Source of the DNA: a virus
DNA length: 64,000 nucleotides
IMG/VR virus record: IMGVR_UViG_3300038701_002786
Span: 15,101-79,100 of that record
Reading direction: 5' to 3' (one strand)
Shown: one piece after another, positions 1 through 8,626 of the stretch
Numbering within the stretch: position 1 is the first letter of the stretch
Layout of the letters: every line of letters starts with the position of its first letter
Position numbers and translations under genes: made by a program
The notes under the pieces: model-generated
What the model saw: the letters and a program-made list of their open reading frames with translations, nothing else
What the model was told of the DNA's origin: nothing
The model's database searches: none

Positions 1-168
1 GGTCGATGAACAACTGCGCATCGTCCGTGTACTGGATTATACCATGAAACACAGGCACATGCGTCAAGTTATGTACGTCAAATCTGTACGAATCATCGTT
101 GCATGGTTTGCCAAAATACAGTGTATTGGCGCTCCAGTTGACCTTGCGTCGACCTCTTAAAAATAACG

Positions 169-1038
169 TCATAGAGGAATCCGTGTGTGTGTTACTTCAG
201 ACTGAAGAATGCTCGCCAATCGATCCAGCTGCTTGAGCTTGAACCGAGAAGACAAAAGCAAAGACCAGAGCGATGGCACGCTGCCAAATCGGCCTCCTGG
301 ATGCGGTGTTTGAAACCGTACCTTCAGTGCTTGCGTGAAATACGCTTGAGCAACCTCAACAGGCAAGGCTTCAAACAACTCCTGACACTTGCGCCACAGA
401 CTCGACTGTCTTGAGGCGGGTAGTTCGCCGAAATGGTCTTGTATCACATGCTGGTATTCAGCCTTACGCAGACACGAGAAAATGCACCAGTTTTGCGTGT
501 TTGCCGTATTGTCTTGCGCATCCCTATGCATATCAAGGCTCATATCGTCGCACAACTCAATGATACCGACATGGTCGGGTGCCCGCTCAAACGCCTCGAT
601 GAGCTTCGATTTTGGCACCACAAGGTTGACCTTGCCAAATACCTTCGAGTAGTCCGCCAATTGGCAGTCAAGGCGATCAAAGGAGTCGTATTCAGATTTG
701 ATCTCATATGCAACTGTCGTATCACCGACCATCACCACATCAGCAATAGAAGTGAGCGCTCTGAACTCTTGGGTATATGCTGAATCAGCGTGTTGAGATT
801 GCATGCGGCAAAACTCAAGTGCCAGCGTGTTCTTGTACACGTATTCACCACGCCAGGTGGCATGAAGATAGGCATAACAACTTTCAAACACATCACCCCA
901 TGCCTCGCCGTCGAGCCAGCCAACTTCCAAACCATCAAGGAAGCGAATCACCAACTTGCTCGAACCAGTCGCAGCAAGTTCTATGAGAACCTTTTTCGAA
1001 AACATGGAGTTTATGAGTTTAAGTTGGCTCGCGTCCAT
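169..1038 (-). CDS. sce7726-family protein (PD-(D/E)xK nuclease-like)
   Basis: EYVYKN, IADVV...YEIKSEYDSFDRLDCQLADYSKVF motifs; start taken at MDASQ, just after the upstream stop at 1041. Confidence 0.72.
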   Translation of the reverse strand: MDASQLKLINSMFSKKVLIELAATGSSKLVIRFLDGLEVGWLDGEAWGDVFESCYAYLHATWRGEYVYKNTLALEFCRMQSQHADSAYTQEFRALTSIADVVMVGDTTVAYEIKSEYDSFDRLDCQLADYSKVFGKVNLVVPKSKLIEAFERAPDHVGIIELCDDMSLDMHRDAQDNTANTQNWCIFSCLRKAEYQHVIQDHFGELPASRQSSLWRKCQELFEALPVEVAQAYFTQALKVRFQTPHPGGRFGSVPSLWSLLLSSRFKLKQLDRLASILQSEVTHTRIPL

Positions 1039-1040
1039 AC

Positions 1041-1484
1041 TCACAACCACCAGGGCAAAGAAATTTGAGTGTAAAAGACCATAGCCAAAAATGAGCAAAA
1101 CAAGTGAATAGAGTTATCCACAACAATCACCGACCACGGCGACATGTGCTCTTTAAACCCATGCTGGCCAAACAGTTTCATCCAAACCGTTGCCAACCTG
1201 TAGCGATCCATCAACACGTGGGTCACAAACACAAACACAAGACCGATCAGCCCAAAAGGACGGGGCGATGCGACCAATCCCACAACTGCCACGCACAAGG
1301 TGTAAATAAGACAATGCACAAGGCAATTCAGCAAACCACGCGTTGCTAAGAGACTTTCGCCGTCTTTGACGGTTTTATGCTGCGCCATCCAATCATTTTG
1401 AAACAAGTAATCGCCCATCATATGAGCCACAATCAACAACCCCATATCCATACTTTTAACCCTCATAGCTTCCCGTGTAATCAA
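1041..1484 (-). CDS. DUF3307-domain membrane protein
   Basis: AHMMGDYLFQNDWMAQHK, HCLIY, THVLMD, DNSIH motifs with hydrophobic helices. Confidence 0.78.
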   Translation of the reverse strand: MITREAMRVKSMDMGLLIVAHMMGDYLFQNDWMAQHKTVKDGESLLATRGLLNCLVHCLIYTLCVAVVGLVASPRPFGLIGLVFVFVTHVLMDRYRLATVWMKLFGQHGFKEHMSPWSVIVVDNSIHLFCSFLAMVFYTQISLPWWL

Positions 1485-1647
1485 CGGGGTTCATTTGTCC
1501 TAGCCTTATGGCCAATTCCTGCTCGGCTTGTGTGAGAAAGGATTCCCACGACTCCAACACGCCAGCATAGAGACCTTCCGTGTGACGTAACGCAATGACG
1601 CGACGCTTCGTCGACTTCATGAGTTTTTCAACTCGCGTATCTGTCAT
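1456..1647 (-). CDS. Hypothetical protein
   Basis: Fits the tightly packed leftward gene string; start inferred at MTDTR. Confidence 0.45.
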   Translation of the reverse strand: MTDTRVEKLMKSTKRRVIALRHTEGLYAGVLESWESFLTQAEQELAIRLGQMNPVDYTGSYEG

Positions 1648-1664
1648 GTGTTCCAATCGACGCT

Positions 1665-2192
1665 TCATATTAAATGTGTAGTCCACAGTGAGCACGGGCG
1701 ACAAAGTACACCATTACCAACAGCATAAGGGTCTTCGCACCGCATACACCATTTTGGTGGTGAATCTGAACGTTCCCAATGGTCGATAACATACTGAACC
1801 GCCATCAATTCCACATGTTCTGTGTGCATGATTTTAGCACAATGCCATGCTCTTTTGTACTCACCACGCGCGACCCGTTCGCGCACATCACCAAAGGCTT
1901 TCATGTCATGTTCTTCGTTCTCAATGCGAAGCAAAGTCTGTTGCTTCAATTCCTTTTCAATGCGCTCCGCTTGGATGAACTTGAGGTATGCGCATTGCCA
2001 TTTATAGGCCCGCCATACGATTGGCCCGTAATGTAGCATCGCCAGCGAGTACAGCGCGAAGAGCAGTGACCATGACAACCAAATATCCAAGACCAAAATC
2101 AGAACCAACAACACAATTTGCTCGTATGATTTGCGCATTATATATGGCGATTTTGTATAGAGATACGCCATTACCATGACCAGCTTTTTCAT
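1665..2192 (-). CDS. Hypothetical protein with N-terminal membrane segments
   Basis: Hydrophobic stretch followed by a charged region; C-terminal CxxC pairs. Confidence 0.5.
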   Translation of the reverse strand: MKKLVMVMAYLYTKSPYIMRKSYEQIVLLVLILVLDIWLSWSLLFALYSLAMLHYGPIVWRAYKWQCAYLKFIQAERIEKELKQQTLLRIENEEHDMKAFGDVRERVARGEYKRAWHCAKIMHTEHVELMAVQYVIDHWERSDSPPKWCMRCEDPYAVGNGVLCRPCSLWTTHLI

Positions 2193-2386
2193 ATCGTATG
2201 ACCATCTTTACGTGACCGATTCCAGATCGCGCGAGCATAACTCACGACCTCCGCAGTGTTCATGCGCTCAACTTGTAACCATGACACCACTGTATTGACC
2301 TGGCGCTTGTTCATGTCGGTTTCGTGTAACAGTATGATCTTTGCTTCACCGGCCTTTGGTTTGATGTCTTTAACCGGTGGACTCAT
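2189..2386 (-). CDS. Hypothetical protein
   Basis: ATGA-type overlaps with both neighbours (start MSPPV). Confidence 0.45.
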   Translation of the reverse strand: MSPPVKDIKPKAGEAKIILLHETDMNKRQVNTVVSWLQVERMNTAEVVSYARAIWNRSRKDGHTI

Positions 2387-2754
2387 TGCTTGCCCGTGCC
2401 TTCGCACAAGTCACATGTATCTTTGACCACCCCGAAAAGCCAACCACGCGGATCATCGCGCATTGTCGTCCCCGAACCATTGCACTGCTCACATTGTGTT
2501 TGCATATGATGAAATTCGACCTCGACCATATACACATAAAAGCTCATGGCATCTGGGTCTTCCTCTTCACCTCCACGGTCATACACAATGTGAAACAGAA
2601 ATGGTTCATCGGATGAACCGCGTATTTTTTGGACATATGCACCATCGCTTTCATATCTGCGTCGCAATGCTTTGGGGCTTTCGTATACACCATCAATCGC
2701 ACCGTTTTCATCAACTGATTCATCGCCATAGAAGCCCGCCCAAACATTAATCAT
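2383..2754 (-). CDS. Hypothetical protein with C-terminal DnaJ-type Cys-rich zinc finger
   Basis: CEQCNGSG...CDLCEGTG (CxxCxGxG x2). Confidence 0.6.
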   Translation of the reverse strand: MINVWAGFYGDESVDENGAIDGVYESPKALRRRYESDGAYVQKIRGSSDEPFLFHIVYDRGGEEEDPDAMSFYVYMVEVEFHHMQTQCEQCNGSGTTMRDDPRGWLFGVVKDTCDLCEGTGKQ

Positions 2755-3152
2755 GGCTCATCTCCTGACTGTGTCGATTCATCGATCGAAAAGTTTGCTC
2801 GCACATACCAACCACCTTCGTCATAACCGCCAGCAGTAATACATAGCCCAAGAACCAACCCAGTGCCTTCAAGATCGAGCTTGAGCCAGGACTTGAACAT
2901 TTCCATGTCCAAATCATCTATATGGCCCTCATCTTGATGACCGCTCAAATCCGCGACCACTGACCATTGCGTATCGTGCGGTCTTTCGTTGATGCGTTCG
3001 ATGGCCTTTTTGCGCATCTTTTGGTACGCGCATGAGGTCGTGTGCTTGACTCTTTCTTGCTTTTTCTTCTCCGCTTCGCGTGCTTGAGCCGCCAGTTGAC
3101 GACGTTTTTCTTGAAGTTGAGCGACTGTTGGGAATTGTGTCGTGTCTGACAT
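2751..3152 (-). CDS. Hypothetical protein, FPT paralog B
   Basis: Start MSDTTQFPT preceded by GAGG; similar along its length to 3154-3540. Confidence 0.65.
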   Translation of the reverse strand: MSDTTQFPTVAQLQEKRRQLAAQAREAEKKKQERVKHTTSCAYQKMRKKAIERINERPHDTQWSVVADLSGHQDEGHIDDLDMEMFKSWLKLDLEGTGLVLGLCITAGGYDEGGWYVRANFSIDESTQSGDEP

Positions 3153-3153
3153 T

Positions 3154-3540
3154 TCAACCTCTTGTTGGTCTTGGTTTTGAACCCTTTCTATCGATGCGAG
3201 AAAATCCACAACTGATTGACCAGCGAGGACCGTCAAGGAGTTCAAAAATTTGAAACTCCATACCTGTTTCTTTGATTTTATCCTGTACATTTGACTGAAT
3301 AATGTCTCTGTCAACAAGCTCAGCTTTGAGGTTATATGGGGCATCGACAATCACTCTGAGAGACCACTTGCTGTTGTCAAAACGGTCTCGAATACACTTC
3401 GCTGCCTCTTCCAAAATTTGTTCACACGCAACATCGTGCATCTTAAAGCGAGCCTCTTCTCGAAGCTTATCTTCTTCAGCTTCCATCTGTGCCTTCTTTT
3501 CTAACATTTGGTCGAGTTCTTTTGTTGTCGGAAAATCCAT
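3154..3540 (-). CDS. Hypothetical protein, FPT paralog A
   Basis: Start MDFPTTKEL preceded by GGAGG; similar to 2751-3152. Confidence 0.65.
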   Translation of the reverse strand: MDFPTTKELDQMLEKKAQMEAEEDKLREEARFKMHDVACEQILEEAAKCIRDRFDNSKWSLRVIVDAPYNLKAELVDRDIIQSNVQDKIKETGMEFQIFELLDGPRWSISCGFSRIDRKGSKPRPTRG

Positions 3541-3572
3541 TGGTTCCTCCATGGATGTAGGTTATCTATCGT

Positions 3573-3887
3573 TCACTCGAATCGTTGCGGGTTGTGTATG
3601 ATAGGCATCAATGCCACCTCGATCATCGGACTCTCCCTCGGATCTCCGCTATCGTAAGACAGTTCTTTGTATTGTACCCTCCATTGGTATTCTTCGAGCA
3701 ACCGAACCACTGTTGGCATAAGGCGCATATTCGATGCGTGGACATGAACCACATGTGATCTATTATGGGGGTTCTTTGTGGCCTCACGAATCAATGAGGT
3801 TTTGATTTGCTCAATGACCTCACGCGCAAGCTTAATTTGCTTCGGTTCAACCAATTCGTTCAATTCACCTGGTGTTGGGAAGTTCAT
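3573..3887 (-). CDS. Hypothetical protein, divergent FPT paralog C
   Basis: Start MNFPTPGEL overlaps the upstream stop (ATGA). Confidence 0.6.
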   Translation of the reverse strand: MNFPTPGELNELVEPKQIKLAREVIEQIKTSLIREATKNPHNRSHVVHVHASNMRLMPTVVRLLEEYQWRVQYKELSYDSGDPRESPMIEVALMPIIHNPQRFE

Positions 3888-4303
3888 TTCACCGTCCTTT
3901 TGTTTTTGTAGTTTTCGATCTGCTTGTTGATATATGTGGCGTCTGGATACATTGGTCGTTGAAGTTGCCGAGCGCCATGCCGATACCCGGCTGTACGCCG
4001 AAAGCCCAACGCATATTGCTTGATTTGCCAAATGACCACATTTTCGCGGCGGTTTGCGCTGTACGGTTGCTCGTGCGTCACATGGTGCCACACCTGTCTT
4101 GCGACTTCATAAAAAACGGGAGCATTCACGCCATCAGGCTCTTGCATGGCCACGCGAACACATTCGCGCAACAGCCAATCCAACTTGCCCATCGCAAAAC
4201 CCTCAACACACACGCATTTCTCTTCTTCGATTATAGCAAAATCCGTGCACTTTTGCATGGCCTTATGCTTCCCAAGCGCGCAAATCGAGTTCTTGTTGTT
4301 CAT
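3884..4303 (-). CDS. Hypothetical protein
   Basis: Co-oriented ORF filling the gap; start uncertain. Confidence 0.45.
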   Translation of the reverse strand: MNNKNSICALGKHKAMQKCTDFAIIEEEKCVCVEGFAMGKLDWLLRECVRVAMQEPDGVNAPVFYEVARQVWHHVTHEQPYSANRRENVVIWQIKQYALGFRRTAGYRHGARQLQRPMYPDATYINKQIENYKNKRTVK

Positions 4304-5102
4304 ATCCGACCAACTCCTTACCAGTTGATGTCACAGCGTAGTATCTTGGCGCTGTGCGTGAGCTGCGCGCACAACTTGCATCATAGTTCAGACCAACCAA
4401 TAGACCGGCCATGGCCATCTGCTGTGTGTGTGTCCATACAGGATCAATGCTGGGCACCACGATGAGATTTCGATAACTGTCTTCTGTGCGATTCATTCCC
4501 AAGGCATGGCGAAGTAGTTCAAGATGAACCCCCTCGACATCCATGGGATCACCTGTACATCTCATGTTGGCCTTGATGCGCTTACTGGTAGAACGACGCC
4601 ACCTTTGAGCCGCATTGCAGGAAGACTGGTAACGCCATTGCCGAGTGTTCTGCCACAGCGCATCATCAATTGCAGGCATTCGCCAACCCAACGACATGGC
4701 ATCACAAACAAACGATGCGTAGTGCTGTCTTTCTGGTAATTGCCACACCTCACGCTGTGCGCGCTCAAGGTGCTTGAGATATTCGACGCCGTACAGAATC
4801 GCGTGTGAAACACCCATCCATTTTTCGTAGAAATAAAATGTCTCCTTGCAACGCTCTTCTGCGCTCAATGAAGGCCACAAAACCCTGCCCACGGCAGCGC
4901 GTACAGCACGAAACGTGCAAGGTGCATACAACTCAAACCGATGAAGTTCATCGCGAAAACTCTCCCACGATGCTTGCTCTTTGAACAGGTAGCGCACCAG
5001 CGTCATGTGATCCCATGGTAAGTCAGGGTCAACATCAATCTCTGTCAACGACTGCAATTGTTGCTGATCTTCTGATGGTCGAAACTGCAAGATGTTGTCC
5101 AT
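4263..5102 (-). CDS. Hypothetical protein with C-terminal 'HALG..YRN' (winged-helix-like) domain
   Basis: C-terminal LRHALG...SYRN...YAVTSTGKELVG is shared with 8366-8614 and 12830-13348. Confidence 0.65.
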   Translation of the reverse strand: MDNILQFRPSEDQQQLQSLTEIDVDPDLPWDHMTLVRYLFKEQASWESFRDELHRFELYAPCTFRAVRAAVGRVLWPSLSAEERCKETFYFYEKWMGVSHAILYGVEYLKHLERAQREVWQLPERQHYASFVCDAMSLGWRMPAIDDALWQNTRQWRYQSSCNAAQRWRRSTSKRIKANMRCTGDPMDVEGVHLELLRHALGMNRTEDSYRNLIVVPSIDPVWTHTQQMAMAGLLVGLNYDASCARSSRTAPRYYAVTSTGKELVGYEQQELDLRAWEA

Positions 5103-5106
5103 CGTT

Positions 5107-5346
5107 TCACCCTTCTTTGTATCGTTTGTCATACAGGGGCAGGCACTCGCCGCAACAGTCACTACGGTATAGTTTTCGCTCTTCATCATCACACTGATTA
5201 CACAGCAACAACATTCGCGTGCACCCGCACTTAAGTTCGATAAGCGTATCGATCATCGGCTGGTTGCAGCCATGGCAATCATAAACGATATGTCGCCTTG
5301 GTCGATAGATTTCCAGCGCAATGGTTCCTTTTGCTTGCTCACTCAT
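5107..5346 (-). CDS. Small Cys-rich zinc-finger-like protein (CGC family)
   Basis: CxxC...CGC...CxxC...CxxC. Confidence 0.6.
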   Translation of the reverse strand: MSEQAKGTIALEIYRPRRHIVYDCHGCNQPMIDTLIELKCGCTRMLLLCNQCDDEERKLYRSDCCGECLPLYDKRYKEG

Positions 5347-5355
5347 GATTTTGCT

Positions 5356-5715
5356 TCAATTGTTTCGTTTTCGATCTGCCCATTCCTTAAACCCTTCCGG
5401 CAAGGGCCGCCTGTTTTTCTCCGCCCACTCTCTCATTCGTCGGCGGTAAAGAGCGGATTGTTCATATTGCTTTTGCGCGTTTCGGCCACATTCAAACCAG
5501 GGGTATTGGTCACCCCGTGGCCGCCAACTGTATTGACAACCGTAGCAGGTAGCCGTGAACTTTCCGGTGTGTTCAACGTCATCACCATTAATACCGATAC
5601 CGTCTTCTGTTTGCGTATAAGTGAAGACGCCTATCAAGTGCTCATCAATTCTAATATGAGTCGATTTGCATTTCGGGCATTTCTTCGGCTTCCATTTCTG
5701 TGATTTTTCACCCAA
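5356..5715 (-). CDS. Hypothetical zinc-ribbon protein
   Basis: CPKC...CYGC; TTG start inferred after GAGG. Confidence 0.5.
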   Translation of the reverse strand: MGEKSQKWKPKKCPKCKSTHIRIDEHLIGVFTYTQTEDGIGINGDDVEHTGKFTATCYGCQYSWRPRGDQYPWFECGRNAQKQYEQSALYRRRMREWAEKNRRPLPEGFKEWADRKRNN

Positions 5716-5795
5716 AACGAACCTCTTTGATTGTATAGGTCTAAATAGCGATAAATGGGTACTATCATTAGTTAGACCTGATTTACTGCTCAATC

Positions 5796-6023
5796 CTAAC
5801 CGTTCACTTTCAATACGGTTTGATGTTCTTTTCGTCTCTTTTCTGTAGCAATCCTTCGATCGACGCTGAAGCATTCCACGCATCGAGGTTTCATCCTCGA
5901 CATGCACTCAAACATCACGACGTTGCACTTCGGACACGCGGTGCTTTTTTGGCACCCACACGCGTATGGCTTGAACTCTTCCATGGTGCCACACTTGAGA
6001 CAGGCTGGCGATTTGTTGTTCAT
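5796..6023 (-). CDS. Small Cys-rich zinc-finger-like protein (CGC family)
   Basis: CLKC...CGC...CPKC...CVEC. Confidence 0.6.
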   Translation of the reverse strand: MNNKSPACLKCGTMEEFKPYACGCQKSTACPKCNVVMFECMSRMKPRCVECFSVDRRIATEKRRKEHQTVLKVNG

Positions 6024-6033
6024 CGCCCGCTTC

Positions 6034-6327
6034 CTATCGCAATTCCAACAGATCGCGATCCAGCGCAACAAACGCATCCTCTATCGCGATCTCGCAATCC
6101 CACCCAATGTCGCGCGCAGAATTAATAGCCCTGCGCCACAACACATCCGTACCTTGCGTGCCCCTGTGCAACACCCACTCATGGCCGATGTGAGACAACG
6201 TGGCAACCACGACGCCACCGTGGATATAAGCGCAGCCATCCACCCCATGGTGTTCAATGTGCACGCATTCGCCGGTTTTTGATTTGATTTTGCTCACGTC
6301 ATTCATCCCGTCCATCGCTTCCTCCAT
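6034..6327 (-). CDS. Hypothetical protein
   Basis: Co-oriented ORF with a plausible SD. Confidence 0.55.
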   Translation of the reverse strand: MEEAMDGMNDVSKIKSKTGECVHIEHHGVDGCAYIHGGVVVATLSHIGHEWVLHRGTQGTDVLWRRAINSARDIGWDCEIAIEDAFVALDRDLLELR

Positions 6328-6401
6328 TTCTCATCACAACAAAACCAGTTTACGAACATGGGCAATGCCACACCATTGGCAGAAAGGCAGTGCGAACTTG
6401 T

Positions 6402-6614
6402 TCATCGGCATACTCCACACCATCGAACACCATCCTTTTCGCGATGATGAGTCATTGCACATTTTTGGCACATCTTCAGCCTTTTCACACAACCACACTC
6501 AAATCGACGTGTTGTGTTCACAATCCACTTGCGCGCATAACACCATTGGCAGCATTGCCTCAAATATTTGGGTGCAACCTGCTGCGTATCGATCGGTTTA
6601 GTTGCACCGCTCAC
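6402..6614 (-). CDS. Small Cys-rich zinc-finger-like protein (CGC family)
   Basis: CQWC...CGC...CQKC...CGVC. Confidence 0.6.
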   Translation of the reverse strand: MSGATKPIDTQQVAPKYLRQCCQWCYARKWIVNTTRRFECGCVKRLKMCQKCAMTHHREKDGVRWCGVCR

Positions 6615-7384
6615 AAATGCCCCAATCTAATCTTAGTCTGCTTCAGTGCTTGAGAGATTTCAATCCTGTCAGTTGCATAAAAACACCTTACAGTCTCCGC
6701 TTTTGCGGTGCTTTGAATAGCCCCATACCTTTCGACATCCAAAACAATCATTTCCCATGCGTGTTCATCCATACTCCAATCTTGGCATGCGCATGATTCA
6801 ACGCATTCGCACGATTCATGTTTTTCAATAACATCCTCAAAGTAACTTTCATCAGAATCGCCCGCGTAAGGTCGACACAGAGGCAATCTGAACGATGTTT
6901 CAATACTGATTGTAGGACTAGCTCCCCAGGAATCTCCCCAGGAACACGGACTGCGCCGCAACTCAATTGCAGCAAAAATTGCCAAAAACTCAACTACCAA
7001 TAACCATTCACATTCATAACCAGCGTCCAAAATACGTTGATGGAGTTCGTTGGCCGCGCTACACATCCACCATACGACATCGCCTGCATTTGAATGGTCG
7101 TTGTCGCACAGGTTTAGCGAGGCCATAGAGTACCGCATCCAGTGCTCTCTATGTTCATTGGATGCCAAAAGGACGATGCAAACCACAGCGGCAATCTTGA
7201 ACCATTGGTCCTGCTGCACATCAACCAACGCATCATGCAGATAACCAAAACCATCCGGCTTCATCCACGGACACTTTGCAAACAACCATGGCTGATACTT
7301 GCCAGCAAGCCTAGGATAGATACCAAGCATACGGTGGTAATCACCAGACTCGACATCGCTTCTTATTTCTCCGAAATCACTCAT
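6611..7384 (-). CDS. Hypothetical protein
   Basis: 257-aa ORF abutting both neighbours. Confidence 0.6.
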   Translation of the reverse strand: MSDFGEIRSDVESGDYHRMLGIYPRLAGKYQPWLFAKCPWMKPDGFGYLHDALVDVQQDQWFKIAAVVCIVLLASNEHREHWMRYSMASLNLCDNDHSNAGDVVWWMCSAANELHQRILDAGYECEWLLVVEFLAIFAAIELRRSPCSWGDSWGASPTISIETSFRLPLCRPYAGDSDESYFEDVIEKHESCECVESCACQDWSMDEHAWEMIVLDVERYGAIQSTAKAETVRCFYATDRIEISQALKQTKIRLGHL

Positions 7385-7387
7385 TGA

Positions 7388-7768
7388 TTATACCATATTT
7401 GAAGGATCTTCGTATGCCCAATCAATCCATTTTTTCAAATCAGCAACGGCACATAGCAACGTTCCAATCACATAGATGCGCATGAAAATCTGTTCAGCAC
7501 ACTCATGTACATAGACCTCAATCACTTCCTCAAACAGATCAACTTGTATAAAGCGCCTACCATCAGAACTGACCCACTCAAGAGTTACACCACACCCAAT
7601 GGGATACACATTAGGATACGGCCTTGCGTTGCAGGTGAGCGGCAACATCTCAAGCGAGCGTCTAATAGCAAATGGAGACACTGCGCCCGCATCATAGTAC
7701 CAACCATCTTTCAACCCATAGAACCCCTTGAGCCTCTTTTCCACTTCTTGGTTCATCTCAATACTCAT
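7388..7768 (-). CDS. Hypothetical protein
   Basis: Co-oriented ORF; start inferred at MSIEM. Confidence 0.55.
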   Translation of the reverse strand: MSIEMNQEVEKRLKGFYGLKDGWYYDAGAVSPFAIRRSLEMLPLTCNARPYPNVYPIGCGVTLEWVSSDGRRFIQVDLFEEVIEVYVHECAEQIFMRIYVIGTLLCAVADLKKWIDWAYEDPSNMV

Positions 7769-7973
7769 CAGCACCACGCGTCCATTTCTCCGCACAGTCT
7801 TCACAAAACCCATACTGATGGATGCCGCCAAACTCACTTACACAATAAGAACAGATCAACATTCGTCTGGAGCAACCACATTCATATGTGATGCGACGAA
7901 TCGTTGCGGTGCTGATGCAAAACTCACACGTGGATGACGACGCTTCTGATTCATGCTCTTCAAAATCAGCCAT
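7758..7973 (-). CDS. Small Cys-rich zinc-finger-like protein (CGC family)
   Basis: CEFC...CGC...CSYC...CEDC; start MADFE after GGAAGG. Confidence 0.6.
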   Translation of the reverse strand: MADFEEHESEASSSTCEFCISTATIRRITYECGCSRRMLICSYCVSEFGGIHQYGFCEDCAEKWTRGADEY

Positions 7974-8364
7974 CTTGCCTTCCTGTCCACTCGATAATTT
8001 CCCACGGAAAGTCATCGGATGATGGGTTCATCGACAAATCACCAGGACCATTGATAAAATCCAAATTGTGTTTGTTATTATACTTGAACAACGTTTCTAC
8101 ACGACACACCACGTATCGCATCAATTTGCACATTTCTTCGACGCCACCAAGCGAACCACTTGTTTCAAGAAATCCCCTTGGGTCGCTCCACACAAACCCT
8201 TCATCGTAGTGACCACGGAACTCAAACATCAAATCCCAACCAAAACCCTGTACAGTAGATATTGCATAGTCAACACAATATACACTCCCGCTTTGGCCAT
8301 CTTCATTGATAACAATTCTGTAATCACTCCTATCAATTCGACATACCAAGCTTTCTTCTGCCAT
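7966..8364 (-). CDS. Hypothetical protein
   Basis: Start MAEES directly after the upstream stop, with GAGGAG SD. Confidence 0.6.
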   Translation of the reverse strand: MAEESLVCRIDRSDYRIVINEDGQSGSVYCVDYAISTVQGFGWDLMFEFRGHYDEGFVWSDPRGFLETSGSLGGVEEMCKLMRYVVCRVETLFKYNNKHNLDFINGPGDLSMNPSSDDFPWEIIEWTGRQDG

Positions 8365-8365
8365 C

Positions 8366-8614
8366 TCACTTCTCCTCATGCAATGCCGGAGCACCAACCA
8401 ACTCGCGCCCCTCGGGGGTTGCTCGCCAAATTGCACTGCCACCAAAAAACGATGAACTCTTCACCCTCAATGCCACCAATCCAGACTCTTGCATCTCAAG
8501 CATCAAAGGTTCATCTTCTGGGCACACGAAAATATTACGCCACCCTGGGCGCTCTGTATTCATGCCGAGCATATGGTTGAGCCTGTCGATATGTTCTTTA
8601 TTTGCATCTGCCAT
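8366..8614 (-). CDS. Stand-alone 'HALG..YRN' (winged-helix-like) domain protein
   Basis: LNHMLG...GWRN...WRATPEGRELVG. Confidence 0.6.
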   Translation of the reverse strand: MADANKEHIDRLNHMLGMNTERPGWRNIFVCPEDEPLMLEMQESGLVALRVKSSSFFGGSAIWRATPEGRELVGAPALHEEK

Positions 8615-8626
8615 GTGTGCTCCATT

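Noticed and set aside
1-168. Stop-free minus-strand frame (…YDVILRGRRKVNWS…) after the sce7726 gene as an sce7725 partner
   Set aside because: No ATG/GTG start after the in-frame TAA upstream; ATG at the overlap gives only MTLF*; similarity is limited to LRG; truncated by the window edge
5737-5779. AGGTCTAA...TTAGACCT imperfect inverted repeat in an AT-rich gap
   Set aside because: Only 8-bp arms, a single occurrence, no U tract or clear promoter geometry
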